Shown here: piece after piece, positions 9,894 through 21,880 of the stretch
How the letters are laid out: the number at the start of each line of letters is the position of its first letter
Numbering within the stretch: position 1 is the first letter of the stretch
Assembly: GCF_000143415.4 (NCBI RefSeq)
Contig: NW_003314285.1
Coordinates: 1,933,013-1,997,012 of the forward strand
DNA: 64,000 nt
Direction of reading: 5' to 3'
DNA from: Selaginella moellendorffii
Taxonomy: Eukaryota > Plantae > Lycopodiophyta
Notes under the pieces: model-generated
Databases searched by the model: none
What the model saw: only the letters and a program-made list of their open reading frames with translations
Told to the model about the DNA's origin: nothing
Position numbers and translations under genes: made by a program

Positions 9894-11241
9894 ATGGCTT
9901 GGGGAGGATTGCTTGGTTTCGATCATGGAATAATCCAGGCGCCATTGGGTCCAGACATCTCGGGGCCTGCTCTCGTAGCAGCGGTTGCAAATGCGGGGGC
10001 GATTGGAGTTCTTCGAGCTCCAGATCAGGTAAAAAACCTTTCTTTTTTTGCAAGGAAAAACGGGAATTTGACGACTCCAGGATGAGCCCGAGGTGCTGAG
10101 GGGGATGGTGAAGCGAACCAGGGAGCTGACGGATCGATCGTTTGGAGTGGGGATCATCCTGGATTTTCCACACGAGAAGATGCTCGAGGCTGTGATCCAG
10201 GAGCGTGTCGCTGTGCTGATGGTTTACTGGGGTGAATTTGGGAGTCATCTTGTCGACAAGATGCACCAAGCCGGAGTGAAAGTCGTGCATCAGGTTCGTG
10301 AGAAAAAAAAAAATGGCAGCTTTGTCGTGATTTTCTCGGGTTTTCGCACACGCAGGTAGGATCAGTGGCCGAGGCCAAAGACGCAGCGCTTGCTGGTGTG
10401 GATGCGATCATCGTCCAAGGTGTTGAAGCTGGCGGCCATGTCCGTGGAAAGGTGGTGATTTTCTCTTGAAACTTTCTTTCAAAGACTTACGTAGAGGTGA
10501 ATTTTGGTCGTGAAGGAGGGACTCATAGCGCTGTTGCCCAAAGTTGTGGATGCCGTTTGGAAGTATAAGATTCCCGTGATTGCGGCTGGAGGGATCGTTG
10601 ATGCTCGTGGCTATGTCGCTGCTTTGGCACTTGGTGCGAAGGGAGTTTGCCTTGGAACAAGGTAAAGTGTTTCGATTAGTTCTTGAGTTTTCATCCGCGA
10701 AAGCTTACATTTTTCTTGGAAAGATTTCTTGCTACCTTGGAGTCGAATGCGCATCCGATCTACAAGAAAATGGTGCTGGCCGCGTCCGCTGGCGATACCG
10801 AGCTCAACAACATTTTCGGAAGGAAACGGTGGCCAAATGCTCCACAGAGAGTGATCAAAACTCCATTTTTCCTGGAGTGGAGAGACAAGCTCGGCCCCGA
10901 CGAGTCCGAGCAAGGGCAGGTGACGATCGGTGAAACAATCGTCCATGGCAAAGTACGATCGAGCTCACGCTTCGCCAAAGATCTTTCTAAGCCCCCCCCC
11001 CATTCTCTTGCAGAAGGAAGAGGTGAAGCGCTTCTCTGGAAAAGTTCCCAATTCCTCCGCGACTGGGAAGATCGAGGAGATGGCAATGTACGCGGGCGAG
11101 GGCGTGGGGTTGATCGATGAGATCTTGCCCGCCGCGAGCGTCGTCCGGGGACTGGTGGAAGGCGCCCAAAACATCATCCGCTACCATCTCCAAGTGCCCT
11201 GGGACGACAACGCCAACAAGCCCCACGCCTACATGGCATAG
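9894..11241 (+). CDS. Nitronate monooxygenase / 2-nitropropane dioxygenase-like FMN TIM-barrel protein (multi-exon)
   Basis: [55 protein letters not shown]...[35 protein letters not shown]. Confidence 0.9.
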
Positions 11242-11345
11242 TCTCAAGCGGCCACGTCAGCGTTTACGTGTAAGGGCTTCCACGTCTGCCTGTATTAAAG
11301 GCTTTGGTGTTTTTTAAAAGGGGTGCCCTGCCCTAGCGGGGTCTT

Positions 11346-14300
11346 ATGGAGTGCGTCTACATCCCCGTCCAGAATTCGCAAGAGGAGGTGCGCGTAGGGC
11401 TCGATCAGCTGCCGCGCGATCCAGCCGACATTGTCGACATCCTCAAGGCCGAGCAAGCGCCGCTCCATCTCTGGCTCACATTCGCGGTATGTGCTCTCGC
11501 TCGCGGGTCCAGGGCAACGTATGGCAAATGTGGGAGCGCTGATGAGTTTTTTTTCTTGCGCAGCGCGAGTATTTCAAACAGGACAAAGTCAAGGAGTTCC
11601 TGCAGATATTGGAAGAAGGCTCCAGTCCAGGTATGTGATGTTTTTGTAGGAGAAGCATTGGTAAATGGATCGAATAGTTTTTTTTTTCTTGTTCTTGTTC
11701 TCACTTTTTTCTTGTTCTTCTTTGTAGAGATCGATGAGTACTATAGCGATGTGAAGTACGATCGAATAGCCATTCTAAATGCGCTAGGTGCTTACTACAC
11801 GAACCTTGGGAAGATAGAATTTAAGCAGCGCGATGAGCACTTTATTCGCGCTACACACTACTACAACAAAGCCACTAGAATCGACTATGACGAGCCCACG
11901 ACATGGGCCGGAAAAGGTAGATGAGAAGAAAAAATCAAACGTTTCTTTCTGATGTCGTCGTAATGTTACTTCGTTCATTTCAGGTCAGCTGCTCCTTGCA
12001 AAGGGGGACTACGAGCAGATGTTTGATGTTTTTAAGATCGTGCTGGATGTGCGGCCTGATAACCTCCTAGCGTTGCTTGGCCAAGTAAGCTCTTGATGTC
12101 CTTGTGTTCCTCGAGCTTGAAAGTAAGCTGGCAGGCGTGTGCGCAATTTAACCGTGGACGTTTCCAAGAATCGCTGGGACTGTATAAGGTGCAATCTCTT
12201 TCATTTTGATCGTATTCTGAAAGTAACTTCTTTATCTCTTTCTCGCAGAGAGTATTACAGATGCATCCGGGTTGTCCCGCATCTGTCAGGCTTGGCCTCG
12301 GTTTTTGCCGTTACCGCTTGGGACAGCTGAGCAAGGCACGCCAGGCTTTCCAAAGGGTTCTTCAGGTATTTTTCGTCATTTTCGGTTGCGGGTGTCCTAA
12401 CTTCGTTTGTTCTAGCTGGACCCTGAGAATTTAGATGCCCTTGTCGCGCTGGGAATTATGGATATCAACGCTAACGATGGTACTTTTGAGGTTCTTGATT
12501 TTCCGTTTCTGGTCGACTAAAAACACATTACAGCGGAGTCTGTTCAGGAAGGCACAAAGAAAATGCTCGAGGCTTTTGAGATATATCCGTATTGCGCAAC
12601 GGCTCTCAATCACCTTGCAAATCATTATTTTTATACGGAGCAACACGGTGTTGTTGAGCAGCTGATGGAAACCGCTTTGGCGTCAACTGACAATGCGCTC
12701 ATAAAATCGCAGTCCTATTTTAATTTGGCTCGATCGTATCATAGTAAGGTGAGTGTCTCGCCTGTGCGTGTCTCGCCTTGTTTCTGACATTATCTTAGGG
12801 AGATTACGACAAAGCTGCCGCCTACTACAGGGCCTCCGTGCAGGAGCTGAAGTCTCCAAAGGATTTTATACTTCCTTATTATGGTTAGTTCATTGACAGT
12901 TCGTGTTTCGGCACTGAGTACAATAATTTTCTGAACTCAACAAGGCTTGGGGCAGGTCCAACTCAAACTAAATGACTTGAAGTCAGCCTTGTCAAATTTT
13001 GAAAAGGTTTTGGACGTTCATCCTGAGAACTGTGAAACTTTGAAGGTACGATGTTGTTTTCTCCTCTGGTCCTCTAATGGATTGCTCTGTAGGTCGTCGG
13101 GTACATACACTTGCAGCAAGGTAGAAACGATAAGGCATTAGAAAGCTTCAGAAAAGCTGCCAAAGTGAGCCCTCGGGATGTTGATGTGAGTTGAAAGTAT
13201 GTTTTATCTCTGTAGTTGATGAGTCTTGTAAAACGCAGGCATGGATTGAAATAGGGGAGCTCCTTGTATCTACAGATTTTTCTGCAGCTTTGGATGCGTT
13301 TAAGACGGTGAGGTTTCATTCTCGTACCTTTATTTTAGTAACGCTCCTCTCCGGGTCTAGGCACACAATCTGCAAACCAAGAGTGGGGAGAAAGTTCCGC
13401 TTGGCCTTTTGAACAACATCGGCGTGCTTCATTTTGAGCGTGGTGAATACAAGGTTTGTGTGTTTACGTGCTTTCTTGGTGCTGATTTGTTTTCATGCAG
13501 CTCGCAGAAGGAGCTTATTATGAAGCATTAGGTGAAGGTCCATGGAAAGAATTCAATGAAAATAATTTTTCTACCATTACCGGAGGAGACGGGCCTTTGG
13601 AAAAATTTGATGTATTTCAACGAATTGAAGAGCAAGGAACCTCGCTAGACATACCAGCTGAAAAAGTAACTGTTCTCTTCAACTTGGCACGCTTATTTGA
13701 GCAGTTGCACGAGACGGAAAAAGCAAATTTATTGTACCAGCTTATTCTTTTCAAGGTAAAGTGGTCAAGACTTATCAATTATCTTACTGACTTCCTCCTC
13801 TTTTAAGCATCCGAGTTACGTGGATGCTTACTTGCGTCTTGCAGCCATGGCTGAAGCAAGAAATAACTTGAGTCTCAGCATGGAATTGGTAAGCGTGCGG
13901 TTTTCCTTTTTTATTTTCACCATATAGTTGTTCTATAACAGGTACAGAAAGGGCTTAAAGAAGACGACAATGATGTGGACATTCTGTCTTTTCGAGGAAG
14001 CCTTGAGCTGAAAGCAGACGAATGGCTCAAAGCTAAGGATACTCTGAAGGGAATACAGAGTGTCTCAGACGGGAAAGATAGTTTTTCGAACCTGGCGCTG
14101 GTAATTTTAACGTTGTGCTAGATGCACGTTGATATTAACGTATTCAATACAGGGAAACTGGAATTATTTCGCAGCAACTCGTAGTGAAAAGCGGGATCCT
14201 AAGTTGGAAGCCACACACCTAGAAAAAGCTAGAGAATTGTATCAAAAGGCAAGTAGAATATTGGACTGAGTGCGGGTACTCTGACCACGGTGCATCTGCA

Positions 14301-15773
14301 GGTTTTGACGCAAAAGTCCAACAACATGTACGCAGCAAACGGACTAGGAATAGTTTTCTCCGAGAAAGGAATGTTCGACATTGCCAAGGATATCTTCACT
14401 CAGGTGCATATTGATTCGTACTCATTAGTTTCTGAGGCTCCAAACCCAGGTGCAAGAAGCAGCTTCTGGTAACGTTGCTGTGGAGATGCCTGATGTCTGG
14501 GTAAATCTGGCTCATGTATATCTTGCTCAGGGTCATTTCGGCTTGGCAGTAAAAATGGTTGTACTTCTCAAATTACTATTGCCAGCATTTCTGATTTTAT
14601 TTTTATCCGTTACAGTATCAGAATTGTCTACGAAGGTTCTACTTTAACACCGAAACGAACATCTTGCTTTATCTGGCGCGCACGCATTATGAAGCGGAGC
14701 AATGGCAAGAATGCAAACGCGTACTTATGCATGCTATTCATATGGCACCGTCGAATTACATGCTCCGGTTCGATGCTGCAATCACTATGCAAAAGTTCTC
14801 TACTGCAACACTTCAAAAACAGAAACGCACTGCCGATGAGGTATGTTTGCTTCTTCTTTTTTTTTTCTTTTCACGCATGGCTGAGTTTTATTTGTACCTC
14901 TAGGTTCGTCAATCCGTAGCAGAAGTGAAAAATGCAGTTCGTCTCTTCACCCAGCTATCACTGATAAGTTCTCATCACATGCACGGATTCGATGAGAAGA
15001 AGATTGGAATGCATGTCGACTACTGCAAGCATCTGCTAGATGCTGCAAAGCTCCATCTTGAGGCTGCTGAGCGGGAAGAGCAACAAAACCGGCAAAAGCA
15101 AGAAGTGGCTCGGCAGCTTGCAATGGCTCAAGAAGCTCAAAGGAAAGCCGATGAAGAGCGAAAACTCCAGGTTGGCGGCTTCGAGTTGCTTCTCCGAATT
15201 CTCTCTTATGGTTTGAATGGTTCCAGATTGAGAAACGAAAGCGAGAAGAAGAGCATCGCAGAGTCATGGAACAAGAGCTACACTTCCAGCGCGTGAAGGT
15301 GAGCAAGCACTTCCGCGCTTTCGAAACTAAATGCAGTGCTTTCCAGGAAACGTGGAAGTACAACCTCGATGACGAAGGCAACGAGAGGAAATCGCGAAGG
15401 AAGGAGAAGAAGAAGAGGAAGAAGAAGCAGCGGAACGAGCAGGCCGAGGAGGAGGAAGTGGAGGCCGAGGAAGGCACGCAACCAGAGCCCGAGGAGGAGG
15501 AGGCGGAAGCGGAAGCTCCGGTAGCGTCGGAGGAAGAGGAGGAAGAACCGGTAAGTAGCTCCCGTTTTATTCCTCCAGGATCTTCTCTCATTGCTCTTGC
15601 TCCAGGTGAAGAAGAGTGGCAAATCTCGTCTCAAGCGCGCTCGCTCGGAAGAATCCGACGACGAAGCGACGGACCGCCCGTCTCAACCCATCGAAGAGCC
15701 GGAGAGTGACAACGAAAGCGATCGAGGAGCCAAGCGCAAGAAAACCGCCATCTCGGACTCGGAGAGCGAGTAG
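11346..15773 (+). CDS. CTR9: PAF1 complex TPR subunit CTR9 (VIP6/ELF8 orthologue), many short introns
   Basis: N-terminus YIPVQNSQEEVRVGLDQLPRDPADIVDILKAEQAPLHLWL, TPR exons, NMYAANG, PDVWVNLAHVY, LRFDAAITMQKFS, acidic/basic C-terminal tail. Confidence 0.93.
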
Positions 15774-15906
15774 AACAGAACACATCCTCTTTTCAGGGAA
15801 AATTCTCCGGGCATGGAATATGCCCTGTACAATGTACGAATATGCTCTGAATATGGAAAGAAAATTGTAGTTAGCCCTAACAAGGGTTTGGGCGGAGCGA
15901 GCGTCC

Positions 15907-17940
15907 ATGGCGCGGGACGGTAAGCGCCATCGCAGCAGTAGCCCGGATCGCGGCGGCGGCGGCGGCGACAGGGACGAGGATTCTAAGCATCGTAAGTACT
16001 CCCATCACCACAGCCGCGATAGAGATCGCGATAGAGATAGAGACAGAGATAGCCGAGATAGGGGTCGAGACCGGGAGAGAAGCAGCAGGGAGAGGAGCCG
16101 CAGCCCGGACAGGAGGGGGAGGAGCAGGCATTCTTCACGCAGCCCATCCCGTGACAATGAGCCCGGCAGGCACAATTCTTCCAGTAGAGCATTTGGAAAG
16201 TGGAAGCAAAGGAGTCCCAATCCTGGTGAGAAGTGGGAGAGACGCGATGAGCAGCAGCAGCAGCAGCAGGAAGAGCTTGTGCCGAATAGCAAAGAGCGCG
16301 AGCAGCTGGACAAGCAATCGATGAAAGCTCTGGCAGCGATCCAGGACGGGAGTAAGAAAGCCAAGAGAGTGATTGTCAAGCAGCGCGGCAAGTTCGACTG
16401 GGAGAACACCGAGGACACGTCCCAGGACATGATTCCTATATGCCACGGCCAGCTTCTCTTTGGACGGGGTTTCTATGCCGGCATGGATCGACGAGAGCAA
16501 AAGAAGCAGTCGGCAAAGATCGACCGGGAATCCAAAGGACAGATCGAACCCAAGTCACTGAAATCGAGCTATGATCCTTTCGACGACATGCCGGTGGACA
16601 GGCACTGGTCCGAGAAGGAGATACACGAGATGACGTCGAGAGACTGGAGGATCTTTCGAGAGGACTATAACATTTCCTACAAGGGGTCGAGGTTCCCGAA
16701 TCCTGCTAGGAACTGGGAGGAGTCTGGGATTTGCCCCGAGATACTCAGGGCCGTGCAAGAAGCCGGATACAAGAAGCCTACTCCCATCCAGATGGCTTCC
16801 ATTCCACTGGGACTCCAGCAGAGAGATGTTATTGGGATCGCCGGGACTGGCTCCGGGAAGACGGCGGCCTTCGTGATACCGATGCTCATGTACGTGTCCA
16901 GGCTTCCCAAGATGACTTTGGAGAGAGCCATCGAGGGGCCTTACGCGCTGGTGATGGCTCCAACCACGGAGCTCGCGCAGCAGATCCAGGAGGAGACCGT
17001 GAAGTTGGCGAAGTATATGGACATCAACGTGCTGTCGCTCGTCGCCGGAGAAGCCATCGGGGGGCAGAGCTCGAAGCTACTGCAAGGGTGTGAGATCGTC
17101 ATCGCCACTCCGGGACGGCTCTTGCACTGCCTGGAGCAGGGATACGCGGTGCTCCACCAGTGCAACTACGTGGTTCTGGACGAGGGCGACAGGATGATCG
17201 CGCTGGGTTTCGAGGAACAGGTGATTGACGCCTTGGAAGCGATGCCGTCGAGCAACATGAAGCCCGAGAGCGAGGACGTGGAGCTGGAGGACAGGATCTA
17301 CCGGACGACGTACATGTTCAGCGCGACGATGCCGCCGGCGGTGGAGAGGCTGGCCAAGAAGTACCTGAGGAACCCGGTGGTGGTGACGATCGAGGAGATG
17401 AGCAAGCGCATCAGCCAGAAGGTGATGATGGTGGACGAGGAGGAGAAGCCCAAGCGGCTGCGGCGGCTGCTGGACGAGCTGGGCGAGATGTCGACGATCG
17501 TGTTCGTCAACACCAAGAAGCAGGCGGACAAGGTGTCGAAGCAGCTCCACGACATGGGGATCAAGGTGGCGACCATCCACGGCGGCAAGACGCAGCAGAA
17601 GCGGCAGACCAACTTCCAGGACTTTCGGAGCAAGCGGCGGAGCTGCCTCATCGCGACGGACGTGGTGGGGCGCGGGATCGACGTCCCGGACGTCGGGCAC
17701 ATCGTCAACTACGACATGCCGTCCACGGTGGAGATGTATATCCATCGCATTGGGCGGACGGGGCGGGCGGGCAAGAGCGGCGCCGCCACCACCTTCCTGA
17801 CGCTCAATGACTCCGAGGTGTTCTACGATCTCAAGCAGCTGTTAGTCCGGACCAAGAACCCGGTGCCGCCGGAGCTGGCCAGGCACGAAGCTGCCAAAGT
17901 CAAGGTTGCGAAAGCCGCCACAACTTCTGGAGCCGAGTGA
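15907..17940 (+). CDS. PRP28: PRP28/DDX23 (RH21-like) DEAD-box RNA helicase, intronless, with variant motifs
   Basis: RD/RS-rich N-terminus, [31 protein letters not shown] motif, [25 protein letters not shown]. Confidence 0.88.
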   Translation: MARDGKRHRSSSPDRGGGGGDRDEDSKHRKYSHHHSRDRDRDRDRDRDSRDRGRDRERSSRERSRSPDRRGRSRHSSRSPSRDNEPGRHNSSSRAFGKWKQRSPNPGEKWERRDEQQQQQQEELVPNSKEREQLDKQSMKALAAIQDGSKKAKRVIVKQRGKFDWENTEDTSQDMIPICHGQLLFGRGFYAGMDRREQKKQSAKIDRESKGQIEPKSLKSSYDPFDDMPVDRHWSEKEIHEMTSRDWRIFREDYNISYKGSRFPNPARNWEESGICPEILRAVQEAGYKKPTPIQMASIPLGLQQRDVIGIAGTGSGKTAAFVIPMLMYVSRLPKMTLERAIEGPYALVMAPTTELAQQIQEETVKLAKYMDINVLSLVAGEAIGGQSSKLLQGCEIVIATPGRLLHCLEQGYAVLHQCNYVVLDEGDRMIALGFEEQVIDALEAMPSSNMKPESEDVELEDRIYRTTYMFSATMPPAVERLAKKYLRNPVVVTIEEMSKRISQKVMMVDEEEKPKRLRRLLDELGEMSTIVFVNTKKQADKVSKQLHDMGIKVATIHGGKTQQKRQTNFQDFRSKRRSCLIATDVVGRGIDVPDVGHIVNYDMPSTVEMYIHRIGRTGRAGKSGAATTFLTLNDSEVFYDLKQLLVRTKNPVPPELARHEAAKVKVAKAATTSGAE

Positions 17941-17981
17941 GAGAAGAGAGCTCGAGCTCGTCGTGTGAGAGGTAACTTATC

Positions 17982-18575
17982 CTACGCATAATGTGATTGA
18001 TTGATTGATTTGCTTGAGATCTTTGTGTCACTCACTGGGTTTGGGTTTTCAGGGAAGCTGATGTATCTGTCAAAGTTGCAGACTTTCTGGGTGATTTGCT
18101 GGATGCCTTGCTCCACCTCCACCTCAAACCTGGCCTTGCTTGTGCTTGTTTCATACTCTTCCTTCTTGGCCAGCCACCAGTTTCGTGCGTTGATGAGATC
18201 CACTTCCTCCTGCTTTAGCGTCGCTTCCTGCATTACCAGGGACTCCTCCTTTTCCTTGAGTTTTATATTCGTGGCCTTGCAGCGCTGGACTTCCGCGAAG
18301 AGATCGCTCACTTCCAGTTGCGGGAACTCGTCGTCCGGGTCGTAAATCTCCTCGTACTCGGACTCCAAGGGCTTGACGTACTGCGACGATATGTAATCGA
18401 TGTGCTTCATCGCCTCGATTATGCGCCGCAAGAACTTGCAGCGATAGAAGTTCGCCTTGCGCGTTGACAATCGCAAATCCCTTCTCACGCGAGCAACCTC
18501 CTCGTCCATTTGTCCGCGAAAGGAAACAATGTCCGCCAACTTCTCATTGATAGCGTCAACGTCCACAACCAACAT
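17982..18575 (-). CDS. Hypothetical coiled-coil protein (~197 aa), no family recognised
   Basis: Uninterrupted ORF from ATG 18575 with GC3-rich codons and E/K-rich heptads. Confidence 0.55.
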   Translation of the reverse strand: MLVVDVDAINEKLADIVSFRGQMDEEVARVRRDLRLSTRKANFYRCKFLRRIIEAMKHIDYISSQYVKPLESEYEEIYDPDDEFPQLEVSDLFAEVQRCKATNIKLKEKEESLVMQEATLKQEEVDLINARNWWLAKKEEYETSTSKARFEVEVEQGIQQITQKVCNFDRYISFPENPNPVSDTKISSKSINQSHYA

Positions 18576-18705
18576 GTCCTTATTTTTAGGGCTAGAGCTC
18601 AACCCAACCTTTTACTTTTAAAGTCCGCCACCTTTTCAACCTTTTATAGCCTTTTCATAGTCCGCCACCTTTTTTCAACCTTTTCAACGGGACAAAAGGG
18701 GACTT

Positions 18706-19869
18706 TTAAAAGGATGATAGACCGGCAAAACGACGCAATTGCTCATACGACACCCAGAAAACAAATTGCCAGGGACCGAGACGAGCCCAAGTCGGAGAGA
18801 ATCCCTGCCAGGGCCGTGACGCCCTCGGATGTCACGGTCTTGGCCAGGCAATCCAGCGAATTCCTGTAGCTCTGGCCGGCCTGGTTCATCATCCTCGTCT
18901 TGACAACGTCGGCCGGGCAGCTGAGCAGCGTGGCCGAGAGCCCCGAGAGCAGCGATGCCAGAGTGTGCGCGAAAACGTTGTCCCCACAGACGCCATTTTG
19001 TATGATTTTGTGCTTGGCCTGGTCGTAGCAAGCGAGCTCGCCCATGTTGACGAGAAAGGCGCGCTGTGCGTTGGGGCCTACTCCCCTCCACAGCCCAAGC
19101 ACGCCTTCGCTCGCGATTATTTTGTGGAAAGCGTCGGCGACGCTTGTGTACCTGGGAGCGTGGCCGAGCTTCACAAGTCGCCCGTCGGCTTGCATCCGCA
19201 CTTTTATAAGGTCGGCGGGGCTCGCCACCACCTGCATGCATCGAAAACGAAGAAAGCTCGTTAGTTTACTCCAAAGGCACTGCAGAGAGGTGCTTCTAGA
19301 AGGAAGAAAGATCATAGCTGAGCCTGAGCGTCTATAGTGAAAGAGAGAGCGAGCTTCGCTAAAGAATATGAAAGAAACTCTATAGACAAAAGCGCGGAAG
19401 AGGTGACTGAATGCTTCGTTCTCGAGAGCTACTGGAGGTATCAAAAACTTGTATCGGGAAAAGTAAGCGAGAATGCTAAAGAAACGAGGAATACCTGTCC
19501 AATGATTCCCGAAGCACCACCTATGACGGCTTTCTCGGCCAGGGAAGAAAAAGCTTGATTTTGATCCGAGGAAGAAGAGAAGCTTCGCAGTTGCTCGTAA
19601 CTCACGATCCGGATGCTGGTGTAAAAGACGTGCCTCAGCAACGCGGGCGACAATCCCCTGTAGAGCCCGCGCAATCCCTCCTCCCTCGCGATCCCGTAAG
19701 CAGTGCCAAATGCCCCTCTGTGACCAGCATTACAACCACGAGCGATCGACGATCCCTCACCTTGGAGCTGGAGGCGCGTCTTGGTGATGTCGATCGGAAA
19801 CGTCGCGGATTCCGCCGCGATCGCGGACGCCGCGGTGAGCGCCAGCCGCATTCCAAAATCGCGATCCAT
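18706..19869 (-). CDS. Mitochondrial uncoupling protein (PUMP3/UCP3-like SLC25 carrier) with an apparent 2-nt frameshift near 18809
   Basis: Carrier motifs PIDITKTRLQ, PADLIKVRMQ, PADVVKTRMM; exons 19869-19495 and 19231-18706; canonical tail WQGFSPTWARLGPWQFVFWVSYEQLR lies in a shifted frame. Confidence 0.88.
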
Positions 19870-20219
19870 GCCCAAAAACCCTAACCCCCAAGAACATGGG
19901 GAGAATATCCGCGCATCTGCGCCTGCCAGCCGTTGGATGCCGACGAGGGTGTAACGGCTGCGATGGGGCCCATTAAGCCGCTAATTACGCATGGTTACGC
20001 GTAATCTCGTTTAAAGTGGGGTTAGATCTTCCGGGATGGAATGTCCACCTAGGCCTCAAGAACTTTGCGGATAGAAAGAAGAAAGGTTCCATCCATTTTC
20101 TCTCTTTTTCCCACTCCTCCTGGGAGATGGGTGGAATCGAATCATCCCCGCAAATGTGGACCAATTCCTCGAGCTCGTAGCAAATCCTTTCCAATTGATC
20201 GAGAAAATCGAGAGAGCAG

Positions 20220-21743
20220 ATGAGGCAAGAGCGAGGAGTGATCATAGCCAGGACGAGGAGGGCGATGGAGGACGAAGACGAAGGAGGAGGAGAGGAGGAT
20301 TGCGAGGAGCAGCGGCAGCGACAGAATCAAGCGGCGCCAGCGCTCTTCCTGTGCCCGATCTCGCTGGAGATCATGCGCGACCCGGTGATCGTGTGCACGG
20401 GCCAGACGTATGATCGCCCCAGCATCGAGAAATGGATCCGCGATGGCCACCGGAGCTGCCCCATCACGATGCTCCACCTCCACGATCTCACGCTCATCCC
20501 CAACATCATCGTCCGGCAGCTCATCGAGGCGTGGTGCTCCAAGGAGGAATCCGCCAGCGCCATGTTTGCTCCTTCTCCTCCATCGCCTCCTCCTCCGCCC
20601 TTCCTCCTCGCCCACCACGATTTCTCGCCCCAGGAATCGCTGGATCTGGGCCGCCGCGAGCGAGTGCTCGGCCTCCTCCGCCGGATCGCCAAGGGCCAGG
20701 ACGTGAGGCAATCGGTGGCGACGCTCAAATCCATGGCGAAAGAGGAGCTGTGTGGATCGTCGCCCACGCCGCCCGAGGCCAAGAAGGTGTGTTCTTGCAT
20801 CGTGGAAGCCGGCGGCGCGCTGCTCATGGCGTCCATGCTGGCGGACGAGCTCATACAGCACGGGACCGCGCTGCACGGGTCCCCGGACGGGTTCATACAG
20901 CACGGTACCGCGCTGCACGGGGCACCGGACGGGTTTACCGCGCGGCACGAGGACAGCCCCTGCGAGGAGATCATGTCGCTGCTGGCGCTCCTGTGCCGCG
21001 GCGCGAGCCGGGAGGTGATCGGCGCGGTGCTGTCGGAATCGGGAGCGCTCCAGTGCGTCGTGTGTCACCTGGGCAGCGCCCAGATCGACCTCGCGTCGCG
21101 GATGAGCGCCGCGGTGCTACTCAAGCGGCTGCTGGCCACGGAGGAGATGCGCGTCGAGGTCGGGCAATCCACCCAATTCTTCCACGGCCTGCTCGATCTC
21201 ATCGATTCCTCCTCCTCCAAGAAGGGCCTCGTCAAGCTCCTCCACCTCGCGTGCTCGCACAAGCCCAATCGATCCACAGCCGTGGAAGAAGGCGCGATCC
21301 AGATCCTCGTCAACCTCCTCCTCGCCGCCTCCTCGCCCCCATCCTCCTCGTCCTCCTCCGGCGAGGACCGCGGGCTGGAGACAACCGAGCGCGCGCTGGC
21401 GACACTGGAGCAGCTGTGTACCGTGGAGCAGGGGCGCCGCGCGGTATGCGAGAGTACCGCGGCGGTGCACTGCGCGGTACGGCTGCTGGTCGGGTACTCG
21501 AGGCCGGCGACCGAGCACGCGACGGGGCTGTTGCTGCTGGTTTGCCAGTCGGGCCCCGTCCAAGTGGTCCAGATCGCCATGAGAGCTGGGGCGCGCCGCC
21601 AGCTTCTACTGCTACTCCAGAGCGATTGCACGGGACGGGCAAAGAAGAGGGCGCTGGAGCTCCTCAAGCTCTTCCACGCCATCTTCTTCGTCCAGGGCGA
21701 CGAGCACGCCTCCTCGGATTTCAAGAATGTGGATCTCTACTGA
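20220..21743 (+). CDS. Plant U-box (PUB) E3 ligase with ARM repeats, intronless
   Basis: U-box PALFLCPISLEIMRDPVIVCTGQTYDRPSIEKWI...CPIT...LIPN; C-terminal LLLLLQSDCTGRAKKRALELLK. Confidence 0.93.
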   Translation: MRQERGVIIARTRRAMEDEDEGGGEEDCEEQRQRQNQAAPALFLCPISLEIMRDPVIVCTGQTYDRPSIEKWIRDGHRSCPITMLHLHDLTLIPNIIVRQLIEAWCSKEESASAMFAPSPPSPPPPPFLLAHHDFSPQESLDLGRRERVLGLLRRIAKGQDVRQSVATLKSMAKEELCGSSPTPPEAKKVCSCIVEAGGALLMASMLADELIQHGTALHGSPDGFIQHGTALHGAPDGFTARHEDSPCEEIMSLLALLCRGASREVIGAVLSESGALQCVVCHLGSAQIDLASRMSAAVLLKRLLATEEMRVEVGQSTQFFHGLLDLIDSSSSKKGLVKLLHLACSHKPNRSTAVEEGAIQILVNLLLAASSPPSSSSSSGEDRGLETTERALATLEQLCTVEQGRRAVCESTAAVHCAVRLLVGYSRPATEHATGLLLLVCQSGPVQVVQIAMRAGARRQLLLLLQSDCTGRAKKRALELLKLFHAIFFVQGDEHASSDFKNVDLY

Positions 21744-21842
21744 TGCTCGCTCTCTAACTCGAGGCAAAGATCTTATAGATCCGTGTGGGGTTCTTCTTCC
21801 TCCTCTCGACTCTTTCCATCTCTTGGTTTTATGGGAGGGAGG

Positions 21843-21843
<1 letters not shown>

Positions 21844-21877
<34 letters not shown>
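21844..21877. repeat. (CT)17 microsatellite
   Basis: Read directly from the sequence. Confidence 0.95.

Positions 21878-21880
<3 letters not shown>

Noticed and set aside
8982-15773. Functional cluster of H3K4-methylation genes (Dpy-30 + CTR9)
   Set aside because: Two genes separated by an unrelated enzyme; adjacency is plausibly chance, and the Dpy-30 protein may be flagellar.
20142-21757. Long overlapping ORFs (441 aa +, 308 aa -, 219 aa -)
   Set aside because: Shadow frames of the GC-rich U-box gene; the same applies to antisense ORFs over PRP28 and SAT.
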